In this document: piece by piece, positions 41,440 to 50,991 of the stretch
How the letters are laid out: every line of letters starts with the position of its first letter
How positions within the stretch are numbered: position 1 is the stretch's first letter
Assembly: GCA_963765765.1 (NCBI GenBank)
Contig: CAVXYC010000007.1
Span: forward strand, 64,001-128,000
From: an uncultured Chloroflexia bacterium
GTDB lineage: Bacteria > Chloroflexota > UBA6077 > JACCZL01
Length of the DNA: 64,000 bases
Reading direction: 5' to 3'
Translations under genes and position numbers: made by a program
Notes under the pieces: generated by a model
Seen by the model: only the letters and a program-made list of their open reading frames with translations
Told to the model about the DNA's origin: nothing
Databases searched by the model: none

Positions 41440-43734
41440 ATGACTGAGCACATCTCTCCTTCCGTTCTTACTCCGGATGCGGCGGAGCTCCTGGCGGTAC
41501 CGGAGCTCCGTGTGGAAGGCCGGCTCAAGGTGACCGGCGTGGCTCGCTACGTCAATGACGTACATATGCCGGGCATGCTCTGGGCGGACTTCCTGATGAG
41601 TCCGCACGCGCATGCGCGGATCGTTTCGATCGATACATCGAATGCATTGGCGGTACCCGGAATCGCGGCGATCATTACGGGCAAGGACATCGGTGCGCGC
41701 TACTTTGGACGAGCCCTGTTCGACTGGCCGGTACTCGCGATCGACCGGGTGCGCTACGTGGGCGAGCGCCTGGCGGCCGTAGCCGGCGAGACTCAGGAAG
41801 CTGTCGAGGAAGCGCTGCGGTTGATCGAGGTGGAGTACGAAGAGCTTCCCGCGGTCTTCGACGCTGAGGAGGCGCTCAAACCCGATGCGCCGATTCTGCA
41901 CCCCGACTTCAGCAGCTATCACACCACCGCGCGGGCAGCGGGTGAGCCATCGCCTCACCCCAACGCCATCGGCTATTCATTGAAGATCAAGGGCGACGCG
42001 GATATCGACGCGCTCTTCGCCAGTGCGCACCTGGTGGTTGAAGACGTGTACGAGGGCCCGCGCCAGCACCAGGGCTACATCGAGCCGCATGGAACCGTGG
42101 TCTGGTACGACGAATCGGGCCGACTCCAGGTCATCACCACCAACAAGACGCCCTTCCCACTGCGCGACATCATGTCGCACACGCTCGAAACGCCCACGGA
42201 CCAGATCGTTGTTGATGCGCGCTTCATTGGCGGCGATTTTGGCGGCAAGGGCAACTCCATCGAGGAGTTCGCCTGCGCCTACCTGGCTAAGAAGACCGGG
42301 CGGCCCATGAAAGCGGTCATGACCTACACCGACGAGCTGGGCTCGATGGGCCCACAACACGCGGCGCGCTATTACCTGAAAACGGCCGTGGACAAAGATG
42401 GCAAGATCATTGCCCACGAGACGCGCGCGTACCAGAACAACGGTGCGTACGGCGGCGGCCGACCCAATATCCAGAACGCCTCCAGCGGCTTCGCCAGCCT
42501 GGACGTCTATCAGGTGCCCAATGCGCGGCTCGAGTCGTACGTGACATACACCAACCTGGTGCCAGCTGGGAACATGCGCGCGCCCGGGGCGTTCCATCGC
42601 GGCCAGGCGGGCGAGGTGCACATGGACCACCTGGCCCGCGAGCTGGGCATGGACCCGATCGAGTTTCGCCTGCGCAATTGCCTGCGCGAGGGCGATACAA
42701 CCGTGGCCGGCGGCCACGTGAGCCGGCCTAGAGCGGTGGAAGTCCTCGAGAAGCTGCGCGATGAGACGAGCTGGGGCCAGCGACCCAAACGCCCCAATGT
42801 CGGTCGCGGCATAGCGCTGCGGGATCGCCATGTGGGCATGGGTCGCGGCGAGGTGCTCTATCGCCTGCAGCCGGACGGGACCATCGAGGCGCTCGTCGGC
42901 ACCGCCGATCAGGGCGGCGGCGCGCATACCGTTGTGCAGCGCGTCTCGGCCGCGGCTCTTTCGGTCAATCCGTCGCGTATCCGTGTGCGCTACGGCACCA
43001 CTGAAGAGGCGCTGTGGGACTCCGGCGCTGGGGGTAGCCGAGCGACCACGATGGTTGGCCGCGCCTCGCTGGAGGGCGGGACGATCCTCAAGGAGAAGCT
43101 GCAGGAGCTAGCCGCGGAGGCCATGGGCTGGCCGTCCGGCCAGGTGCGCCTCGAGCATGACCAGTTTGTCGTCGGCGACGGGGCTGAGCACGCCTCGTTC
43201 GAGCAGGTCGTCGCACGGATTGCCGCTTCAGGGCCACAGGTCGAGGCCGTCGGCGCCTACGACCCCGCGAAAGACAACCACGAAGACGTCGGTGACATGA
43301 ACTTCTACGCCTACATGGCGGAAGTAGAAGTGGATCCGGAGACGGGGGCAGTCACGCCGCTCGAGATCGTCGCGGTGATCGACACGGGCACGATCATCAA
43401 CCCTATTGCCCATCAGGGTCAGGTGGACGGTGGCTTCATCTATGGCTGGGGGCAGGCTGTGACCGAAGAGCTCATCCACGACAACGGCACCATGACAACC
43501 CTGAGCCTTGCCGAGTACAAGCTGCCCACCATGGCCGACGTGCCGCCGTTCCGAACCATTCGCCTGGATCCCGACCCCGGCCCCGGCGCCTTCGGCGCCA
43601 AAGCCGCCGGCGAGATCACCAACACCGCCGTAGGCGGGGCCATCGCCAATGCAATCTACGACGCAACCGGCGTCCGCATGCTGGAGAGCCCGATCACGTC
43701 GGAGCGGGTGCTGGCGGCGCTGAAGAAGGCGTAG
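41440..43734 (+). CDS. Stand-alone XDH-family molybdopterin-binding subunit
   Basis: KVTGVARY, GGDFGGK, NMRAPG, DQGGG and GAKAAGE. Confidence 0.93.
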   Translation: MTEHISPSVLTPDAAELLAVPELRVEGRLKVTGVARYVNDVHMPGMLWADFLMSPHAHARIVSIDTSNALAVPGIAAIITGKDIGARYFGRALFDWPVLAIDRVRYVGERLAAVAGETQEAVEEALRLIEVEYEELPAVFDAEEALKPDAPILHPDFSSYHTTARAAGEPSPHPNAIGYSLKIKGDADIDALFASAHLVVEDVYEGPRQHQGYIEPHGTVVWYDESGRLQVITTNKTPFPLRDIMSHTLETPTDQIVVDARFIGGDFGGKGNSIEEFACAYLAKKTGRPMKAVMTYTDELGSMGPQHAARYYLKTAVDKDGKIIAHETRAYQNNGAYGGGRPNIQNASSGFASLDVYQVPNARLESYVTYTNLVPAGNMRAPGAFHRGQAGEVHMDHLARELGMDPIEFRLRNCLREGDTTVAGGHVSRPRAVEVLEKLRDETSWGQRPKRPNVGRGIALRDRHVGMGRGEVLYRLQPDGTIEALVGTADQGGGAHTVVQRVSAAALSVNPSRIRVRYGTTEEALWDSGAGGSRATTMVGRASLEGGTILKEKLQELAAEAMGWPSGQVRLEHDQFVVGDGAEHASFEQVVARIAASGPQVEAVGAYDPAKDNHEDVGDMNFYAYMAEVEVDPETGAVTPLEIVAVIDTGTIINPIAHQGQVDGGFIYGWGQAVTEELIHDNGTMTTLSLAEYKLPTMADVPPFRTIRLDPDPGPGAFGAKAAGEITNTAVGGAIANAIYDATGVRMLESPITSERVLAALKKA

Positions 43735-43750
43735 ACGAACGAGAGACGTT

Positions 43751-43844
43751 CGTAGGGGCGTCCCTTCACGGGCGCCCGCCGAGATTTATGGTTGCATTCG
43801 GGTAAGAGGACCTCGGCGGGCGCCCGTGAAGGGATGCCCCTACG
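43751..43844. repeat. GTAG-type REPIN (family B)
   Basis: 33-bp arms CGTAGGGGCGTCCCTTCACGGGCGCCCGCCGAG (43751-43783) and 43812-43844 with 1 mismatch; lies between convergent genes. Confidence 0.92.
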
Positions 43845-43866
43845 GAATACTCGCTGCTGCGGTCCG

Positions 43867-45843
43867 CTACCAGATTCGCACGCGGTCCTCGGGATCCAGC
43901 CATAGACCGTCTTCCGGTACGGTGCCGTAGGCCGTGTGATATTCGTCCAGATTACGCACCACGTTTGCCCTGAACTCGGCGGGGGAGTGCGGGTCGGTGG
44001 TAAGGAACTGCAGGGCAAGCTCATCGCGAGGCTTCAGACGCCAGCACAGGGCCCAGTTCGTTAGGAGCCGCTGCACTCCTGTGAGTCCGTCGAGAACAGG
44101 CGGCTCCTGGCCATCCAGACTGATGAGGTACGCCTGTAGGGCAACCTGCAGCCCACCCAGGTCGCCAATGTTCTCGCCGACGGTCAGGCTGCCGTTGACC
44201 CGCTTGTCGGGGAGTCCGCGCGGGGCAAAGCCGTCGTACTGTTTGATCAGACGATCGGCTCGCTGCTGGAATTGCGCGCGATCCTCATCCGTCCACCAGT
44301 CGACCATGTTGCCGTCGCCATCGTAGAGGGAGCCTTGATCGTCAAACCCGTGGCCGATCTCATGCCCGATGATCGCCCCGATTCCCCCGTAGTTCAGCGC
44401 CGGATCGGCCTTCGGGTCGAAGAACGGGGGCTGCAGAATCGCCGCCGGGAAGCAGATCTCGTTCATGCCCGGGTTGTAATACGCGTTGATCGTCTGCGGA
44501 CTCATGAGCCACTCATCGGGATCGATCGGTTTACCGAGCTTCGCGAATTGCCGATCGGTCTCAAAAGCATTGAGCCGCGTCACGTTGCCGAGCAGATCGT
44601 CGGGGCGAACCTCCACGCTGGAGTAATCTCGCCATCGCGTCGGGTAACCCACTTTCGAGCGGAACTTCGCCAGTTTCGCCAGCGCTCGCGCGCGGGTCTC
44701 GGGTCCCATCCAGTCGAGGCGCTCGATGTCGCGCCGGTAGGCTTCCTCCAGGTTGGCAACGAGATCGTCTATGAGCGCTTTCGACTCAGGCGGGAAATGG
44801 CGGGCTACGTATGCCTCACCGACTGCTTCAGGAAGCAGCTCATTCACCAGACCGACACCGCGCTTCCAGCGCACCTTCAGTTCCGCTGTGCCCGTGAGCG
44901 TTCGACCGTAGAAGGCAAAATGCTCGTCAACGAAGGCCGAGCTCAGGTAAGAAGCCACACTGCTCAACAGGTGGAACCTCAGCCAGTCTCGTAGATCGGC
45001 AAGACTCACGTCATCCAGGGTTGAGGACAGAGTCGATAGGTAATTGGGCTGTCGCACGATCGTTTCAGCAAGCGCCGATTCATCCAGCCCTCGCCCGCGT
45101 AGCCAGCGCGTGAAGTCGAAGGACGGCCCCTGGGCGCGCAGGCCCTGGATCGTCATGAGGTTGTAGGTCTTGATCCGATCGCGTGCTTCGGTGCGCGTCC
45201 AGTGGCCCTCAGCCAACCGGGTCTCTAGTTGCATGACACGGTCGGCGGCATCGCTGGCGACGCTGGCCTCGTCGCCCAGGAGTCGAAACGAAGCTGCCAG
45301 GTGCCCGCGATACGCATCGCGTATGGGACCAAACGCCTCCTCTCTGTAGAAGGACTCGTCCGGTAGTCCCAGACCGCCTTGCTGGAGGTTGACGATGTAG
45401 CGCTCGGCGTTCCGATCGTCGTTGTCCACGTAGCTCGCGAAGATGCCGCCCGCTCCGCGGCGCTCCAGCCGCCCGAGCACCTCGGCGAAGTCTCCGACGG
45501 ATTCAATAGAGGCGATCAGGGCGAGAGCCTCAGTCAGCGGCGAGAGTCCTCTCGCCTCCACGGCCGCCTCGTCCATGAACGAAGTGAATAGGTCGCCAAT
45601 CTGCTGCATCGGTGATCCGGTCAGTGCCTGCCCGCCGCGGACGGCAGCCGCCGCGTCGCGCAGAATCTCCGCCACTTGTCTCTCGGCTTCCAACATCAGC
45701 GTGACGAATCCACCCGCCACCGGCAGATCGGCCGGGATCTCAACCGTCTCGTACCAACCGCCGTTCACGTGTCCAAAGAGGTCGTCCTGAGGGCGGATCT
45801 CGGGGGTGCTGCCGTCGAGAGTAACAGCTCCAACGGGCGTCAT
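43867..45843 (-). CDS. M13 family metallopeptidase (PepO/Zmp1-like)
   Basis: RPQDDLF, NAYYNP, HEIGHGFD, GENIGDLGG and DPHSP. Confidence 0.96.
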   Translation of the reverse strand: MTPVGAVTLDGSTPEIRPQDDLFGHVNGGWYETVEIPADLPVAGGFVTLMLEAERQVAEILRDAAAAVRGGQALTGSPMQQIGDLFTSFMDEAAVEARGLSPLTEALALIASIESVGDFAEVLGRLERRGAGGIFASYVDNDDRNAERYIVNLQQGGLGLPDESFYREEAFGPIRDAYRGHLAASFRLLGDEASVASDAADRVMQLETRLAEGHWTRTEARDRIKTYNLMTIQGLRAQGPSFDFTRWLRGRGLDESALAETIVRQPNYLSTLSSTLDDVSLADLRDWLRFHLLSSVASYLSSAFVDEHFAFYGRTLTGTAELKVRWKRGVGLVNELLPEAVGEAYVARHFPPESKALIDDLVANLEEAYRRDIERLDWMGPETRARALAKLAKFRSKVGYPTRWRDYSSVEVRPDDLLGNVTRLNAFETDRQFAKLGKPIDPDEWLMSPQTINAYYNPGMNEICFPAAILQPPFFDPKADPALNYGGIGAIIGHEIGHGFDDQGSLYDGDGNMVDWWTDEDRAQFQQRADRLIKQYDGFAPRGLPDKRVNGSLTVGENIGDLGGLQVALQAYLISLDGQEPPVLDGLTGVQRLLTNWALCWRLKPRDELALQFLTTDPHSPAEFRANVVRNLDEYHTAYGTVPEDGLWLDPEDRVRIW

Positions 45844-46018
45844 GTTTCCTCCGTTTATTGCATTGCTGGTGGCCTCAGGATATCAGCGGAGTCGGGGCGC
45901 GCTGAGGAAAATGGGTCGTCCACATCCAGGCGCTTGGAGCTCGGCCGGTCTGAGTTGGCCACTTGGAACAGTCGTAAATTCGCCTTCCAGGCACATTGGT
46001 CCGCTCGCGTCGTGCGCT

Positions 46019-47528
46019 GGGTGTAACCAAGAGTTGTGGGTTTGGGGGCCTAGGCGGCCCGGGCATGGAGCGTGGCGTGGTGGGCCCGGAGTACGGCCAG
46101 CGATTGGCCTCCGGCGCTGGACCAGCGACAGCCCGGCCGTTTCATCCGCTGCTGGACGAGGTGTTTGGCGGCCGATTCCACCGCGCCCGACCCGATGGGC
46201 AGCCCCTGAGCTCGAAACTCCGGATACCGCATCCGCTGGCGATTGCTCTGGAAGTACCCGCGCTCCGTGGCCACCACCCGGCGCGCCTCGGCCGTCGGCG
46301 GCACGAGCTCCCGCAGGCGCGCCAGCACCGCTGCAGCCCCGTGCGCTCCACAGCCCGGCGAGGCTCACCGCGACCCAGTCCGCGGCCGCGGCGGTGCCCG
46401 CGCCGAAGACCGCCCGGGCCACGGTCCAGACATGCTCGCTGGCGTGGTACCAATCGACAATCTCCAGACGCTCGCCGAACTGCTCCGCAGCCGCCGTCCA
46501 GATCCAGCGCGCGCCGTCGCCTAGCACGACAACCGCCCGCAACCTCGCCAGCCCGGGCCCGGTGACCGGGCCATCGACGCCGAGGATGTCCAGGCCGCCC
46601 CGCCGCGCCACTTCGGCGCCCCAGCGCCCGGCGAACGGCCCCACCGGCTCGCGGGCCGCCACGTAACTCGGGGCCTCCAAGCGCTGCCGTTCCGGGGGCG
46701 CAGCCGGATCCCAGCCGCCGACCACGCCGAGTTTGACTTCGTGCCAGCCATCGTTGAAGCGCACCAGCACGCCATCGGTTTCAGCGACCAGCTGGTGCGG
46801 GGCGGCGTCCACCGGCCCGGCCGGGGCCCGCGTCCGTTCGACGGTGGCGCGGTCGGCCTGCTGAGCCTGATCGAGCGCGGCCCCGGCGGCCTCGGTCTGG
46901 GTGCGCACCGTCTCGGGACTCACGGCCAGGCCGGTCAGGTCCTCGAGCAGGTCGGCGGCCTCGGCAAACGCCGTGGCGCCCCCCAGCCGGACCAGCCAGG
47001 CGCGCAGCGGGCCGCTCAGGCGCTGGTGCGGCGCGAGGCCCAGCGTGCGGTCGGTCGGGCTCCAGCCGTGGCGGCAGGTCGGGCAGTGCGCCCACGGGCG
47101 CGACCAGCGGACCGGGCCGCAGACCGTGACCACCTGGCGGGAACGCCAGCTGTGCGTGGGCGCGGTCGTGCCGCACTCCGGACAACGGGACCGGTCGCGC
47201 TGGAGCCCGGGATCCAGACTGCGCTGGGTAGCCGCGATCATCCCGGCGACCAGCGTCGGGGCCACGGTGCGCAGCTCGGTCTGGACCTGGCGCTCGAGAT
47301 CCGTCAGAGAGGCATCGCGGTGGGCGCGCGCCCAAGCCGCCAAGCGGTGGGCACAGGCGGCGAGCGGTGCGACAATCGTCTCGGGAAGGTTCTCCGCGTC
47401 CATGCGACCTTCCTCGCGGCCGGGGCGTCTCACTGCCCCGGCCGCCTCGGCATGAGAATCCGCGTTCGCAGCGTAACCCATCCGCTCCGGTCTCACCACC
47501 CGCTCTTCAACAACTTTTGGTTACACCC
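46019..47528 (-). mobile_element. ISKra4-family insertion sequence
   Basis: IRs GGGTGTAACCAAGAGTTGT (46019-46037) and 47510-47528 with 1 mismatch; 9-bp TSD TCGTGCGCT at 46010-46018 and 47529-47537; visibly more GC-rich than the flanks. Confidence 0.92.
46050..47403 (-). CDS. ISKra4-family DDE transposase (frameshift near 46340)
   Basis: CPEC/CPTC Zn motif, ETDG, WHEVKLG, LGDGARWIW, DWYHASEH; second frame RMRYPEFRAQGLPIGSGAVESA. Confidence 0.9.
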
Positions 47529-47674
47529 TCGTGCGCTGGCGCCCTTCTCAACCCGAAGATTCGGCGCTACAATGCCGAACCTGACATCCTGGGTGTACAA
47601 CGTTGCCGCCGACGTCTTGGGCGGCTCTCCAGCATTCGTTCAAGCGTGGGGGTCCGACGCGGAGGAGTTGAGCT

Positions 47675-48895
47675 ATGGCAGGGCGATTCAGGGAATTCGT
47701 CCCTGGGGGTTGGTGGCGACGACTGACTCGAGCGATGGTGATGACAACGGTTGCGGTGCTGATCGCTGGCTGCTCCAGTCCGGCAGTGTCACCCACCGCA
47801 CAGCCGGCCAAACCCACCTCACCACCGGCCGCTGCACCAGCAGGAAGTCCCGCGGCGGCGGCCAGCCCAGGCGCAGCAGCCGCTCCCGCGGCCAGTCCGG
47901 CCGCTTCGTCTGCGGCGGCCGCTCAACCCTCGTCCAACGTGGCCGCGGCGCTGGCTGCACCCAAGCCTTCGGATCGTAAGAGCATCATCTATGGCGCCAC
48001 GGGGCTGAGCTGGAACCTGGTTCCAGAGCTGGTAGCCCAGGAGAAGGGCTTCTTCGAGTCCGAGAACCTGGCCGTGGAAACGGTCATGGCCGGCGCCTCG
48101 GCATCAGTCTGTCAACAGCTTCTTGCTCGCGCCATCCAGATCGGCGGCTGTTCGCTCAACGACATGATGCAGGCGGTTGAGGCCAGCGGCGCGCCGCTGA
48201 TCATGGTGATGAACGAGACGATCACCGCGCTGCAGTACTCGCTCATGACCAAGTCCAACATCAAGACCTGGGCGGACTTGAAGGGCAAGTCCATCATCGT
48301 GGGCGGCCCGAAGGACAACACGGTCTTCTACATTCGAGCCATGGCCCGCGCGAACGGCCTGCAGGACAATGAGTATGACTTCCAGTTCGCGGGGACCAGC
48401 GGCCAGCGGCTGGCGGCACTGAAGTCCGGCGCGGTGGACGGTAGCATCCTGACCGATCCGTTCGATACTCAGGCCGAAGCTGATGGGTTCAACAAGCTCG
48501 ACGTTCTCCTGCCGAAGTATGTGACCCCTGAGAACTACGCCGGCGGTGGACCGATCATCGTTCGCGATTGGGGTCGAGACCACCAGGATGAGGTGGGGCG
48601 TTTTATACGAGCGATCCTGAAGAGCGTCAACTGGATCAACAATCCAGCCAACAAGCTGGAGCTCTTCGGCATCGTCGGCCCCAAGTTGAACCTGGCCCAG
48701 GACGCCTTCGACCGTGTCTACGAGAAGACGCTGGTGAGCAGCAAGCAGTGGTCGTCGGATGGGCAGATCAGGGAATCGGCTGTCCAGGGCGTCATCCAGT
48801 CTCTGGTAGACCTCGGAAATCTGAACCCACCTGGGCCCACAGCCAGCAAGTTCTATGACGCTTCGTATCTCGAAGCAGCCCTACGTCCACGGTAG
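47675..48895 (+). CDS. ABC substrate-binding lipoprotein (NMT1/SsuA/THI5-like)
   Basis: Lipobox IAGC, Ala/Pro linker, AQEKGFF, IKTWADLKGK and RLAALKSGAVD. Confidence 0.88.
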   Translation: MAGRFREFVPGGWWRRLTRAMVMTTVAVLIAGCSSPAVSPTAQPAKPTSPPAAAPAGSPAAAASPGAAAAPAASPAASSAAAAQPSSNVAAALAAPKPSDRKSIIYGATGLSWNLVPELVAQEKGFFESENLAVETVMAGASASVCQQLLARAIQIGGCSLNDMMQAVEASGAPLIMVMNETITALQYSLMTKSNIKTWADLKGKSIIVGGPKDNTVFYIRAMARANGLQDNEYDFQFAGTSGQRLAALKSGAVDGSILTDPFDTQAEADGFNKLDVLLPKYVTPENYAGGGPIIVRDWGRDHQDEVGRFIRAILKSVNWINNPANKLELFGIVGPKLNLAQDAFDRVYEKTLVSSKQWSSDGQIRESAVQGVIQSLVDLGNLNPPGPTASKFYDASYLEAALRPR

Positions 48896-48905
48896 CGGAG
48901 GAAGC

Positions 48906-49700
48906 ATGATCGAGGAACATTCACACATTGGGGCAAAGACCTCTTGGGTGGATATCGGCAACGGAACCAGGGCATTCCTGGCGATCCCCGGCCGACTTCC
49001 GCCACCGTACAGCGCCGTGGTGTTGGGTCACGAGCGCTATGGCCTGGTGCAGCACACCCTGGACCTGGCGGCCAAGTTCGCCTCGTACGGCTTCGCCGCC
49101 GTGGCGCCGGACATGGCCTCACACTGGGATGGCGATAAGGAAGCGCTGAATCGCGGCGACGCGCGGCTGGAGCTGGACGACGGCCAGATCCGTCAATACA
49201 TGGGGGCTGGGTTCGACTACCTGAAGGCGCTGCCGGAAGTGGATGGCGCCTCGATCGCGGCGATGGGCGTGTGCCAGAGCGGCGCGTACCCGCACCTGCT
49301 GAACAGCGTGAAACCGGATGTGGCCGCGAACATCGTCTTCTACGGCGGCGTGGACCCGAGCGACGAGGTAGTTGAGGCCATTACCGCACCCACGTTGGCC
49401 GTGTTTGGCGAGGCCGATCACATCATCTCCATCCCCAAGATCTATGAGTTCCGAGCCAAGCTCGAAAAGTTCGAGAAGAATTACGAGATCAAGCTGTTTC
49501 CGTCCATGCCGCACGGCTGGCTGAACGACACCATGCCCGGTCGATATCGGCAGCGCCAGGCGGAAGAGGCCTGGGTGCTGATCATGGAGTTCATGTCGCG
49601 AGTTCTTGGCAACGGCTATCCCGAGGACCGCGTTCGCTGGAAAATGGGCGCCGAGTACTCCACCAGCTACGACTTCTCCAAAAACGTTCGGCTCGCTTGA
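48906..49700 (+). CDS. Dienelactone hydrolase family protein (copy 1)
   Basis: HERYGL, GVCQSG nucleophile, GEADH and HGW. Confidence 0.88.
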   Translation: MIEEHSHIGAKTSWVDIGNGTRAFLAIPGRLPPPYSAVVLGHERYGLVQHTLDLAAKFASYGFAAVAPDMASHWDGDKEALNRGDARLELDDGQIRQYMGAGFDYLKALPEVDGASIAAMGVCQSGAYPHLLNSVKPDVAANIVFYGGVDPSDEVVEAITAPTLAVFGEADHIISIPKIYEFRAKLEKFEKNYEIKLFPSMPHGWLNDTMPGRYRQRQAEEAWVLIMEFMSRVLGNGYPEDRVRWKMGAEYSTSYDFSKNVRLA

Positions 49701-49727
49701 GCCAGATTCCAACCACGGAGGCACACA

Positions 49728-50699
49728 TTGGCTAACCTGCCATTCTGGACAACCGAGCTGAAGCCGGGCTATCCCCAGGTCACCACGAAGTGGGTCGAGA
49801 TCGGCGATGGGATCAAGGCGTACGTGGCGATCCCGACCGAGGGCACGGCGCCTTTCCCGGCGATGGTCCTGGGCCACGAGCGCTACGGCCTGGTGCTGGA
49901 CACGCTGGAGCAGACGGCGAAGTTCGCCGCTTACGGCTACGTGTGCATCGCGCCTGACATGGCCGCCCACTTTGAAGGCGACAAGGACGCGCTGGCCAAG
50001 GGCCACATTATGGGCGGCTGGAACGACGGCATCGTCCGAGAGTACATGACCCTGAGCTACGACTACCTGCTGACGATGCCCGAGGTTGACACCAACAAGA
50101 TCGCCGCCATCGGCCTGTGCGCCAGCGGGCACTGGCCATGGCTCCTGAATGCCGAGCGGCCCGACCTGGCGGCATGTATCTGCTACTACGGCGGCGGCCC
50201 GTATAACGAAGAGCTGATGGACAAGGTCACCGCGCCGACGCTCTACGTGTACGGCGAGAAGGACCACACCACGCCGATCTCGCGCGTGTTCAACTTCCGC
50301 GACGAGATGGAGCGACACCACAAGAGCTGCGAGATCCGCCTGGAACCGGACATGCATCACGGCTGGCTCAATGACACGATGGCCGGCCGCTATCGGCAGA
50401 AAGAAGCCCAGGAGGCGTGGGATCGGATCATCGAATTCATGGAGCGAGTCTTCGCCGGTTACTACTCGAACGACCGGGTGAAAATCCGATTCGAGGCGGA
50501 TTTCGCGAGGGACTACGACTTCAAGAAGCTGGTCCGTTGGGGTGAGCTGCCCTACCCTGAGCCCGACGTCGCCTCAATCAACACGCTCAAGGCGAAAGTG
50601 GCCAGTGGTGAGCTGCCGCCGTCCGAGATCGATCGGATGGAGACACTGTATTCGGAGTTTTTCGACGAGCATCCGCACCTCAAGCCGTCGAACGCGTAG
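49728..50699 (+). CDS. Dienelactone hydrolase family protein (copy 2)
   Basis: HERYGL, GLCASG, GEKDH and HGWLNDTM; GGAGG RBS before TTG. Confidence 0.88.
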   Translation: MANLPFWTTELKPGYPQVTTKWVEIGDGIKAYVAIPTEGTAPFPAMVLGHERYGLVLDTLEQTAKFAAYGYVCIAPDMAAHFEGDKDALAKGHIMGGWNDGIVREYMTLSYDYLLTMPEVDTNKIAAIGLCASGHWPWLLNAERPDLAACICYYGGGPYNEELMDKVTAPTLYVYGEKDHTTPISRVFNFRDEMERHHKSCEIRLEPDMHHGWLNDTMAGRYRQKEAQEAWDRIIEFMERVFAGYYSNDRVKIRFEADFARDYDFKKLVRWGELPYPEPDVASINTLKAKVASGELPPSEIDRMETLYSEFFDEHPHLKPSNA

Positions 50700-50719
50700 C
50701 TTATCGCCCCACAGAGCCG

Positions 50720-50890
50720 CATCCCGAGGGCAAGCGTGCATTCGAACGGTTGGTTGGCGTCTCCGACCCCGATGTCCAGTGGATGGTTCGAGAGAATCTC
50801 AAGAAGGCACGCCTCCGGCGAATGGACGCAGCGTGGATTGAGCGGCTCACGGCCCAGGTTGCTCGAACGTCCGTAATTCCCTTCCCGTAG
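50720..50890 (+). pseudogene. C-terminal gene remnant (HEAT-repeat-like)
   Basis: Start-less frame HPEGKRAFERLVGVSDPDVQWMVRENLKKARLRRMDAAWIE that begins at a truncated REP-A copy. Confidence 0.45.
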
Positions 50891-50991
50891 CTCAGTTCAG
50901 CACCCCGTGCAAAACTACATATTAGGTATGCATTGTGCTTCCTTTAGCGCTCACGCCAGATACCATCGAACGCAAACTCAAGGGGGGCAAC

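Noticed and set aside
41220-41440. Moco riboswitch upstream of the Mo-subunit gene
   Set aside because: Only a short imperfect IR (CGCTCAAAG/CTTTGAGCG); I could not match the Moco consensus, which needs Infernal
46741-50360. Long ORFs 46741-47979 (+) and 49119-50360 (-), and similar antisense ORFs elsewhere
   Set aside because: They are antisense to well-supported genes, as expected in high-GC DNA
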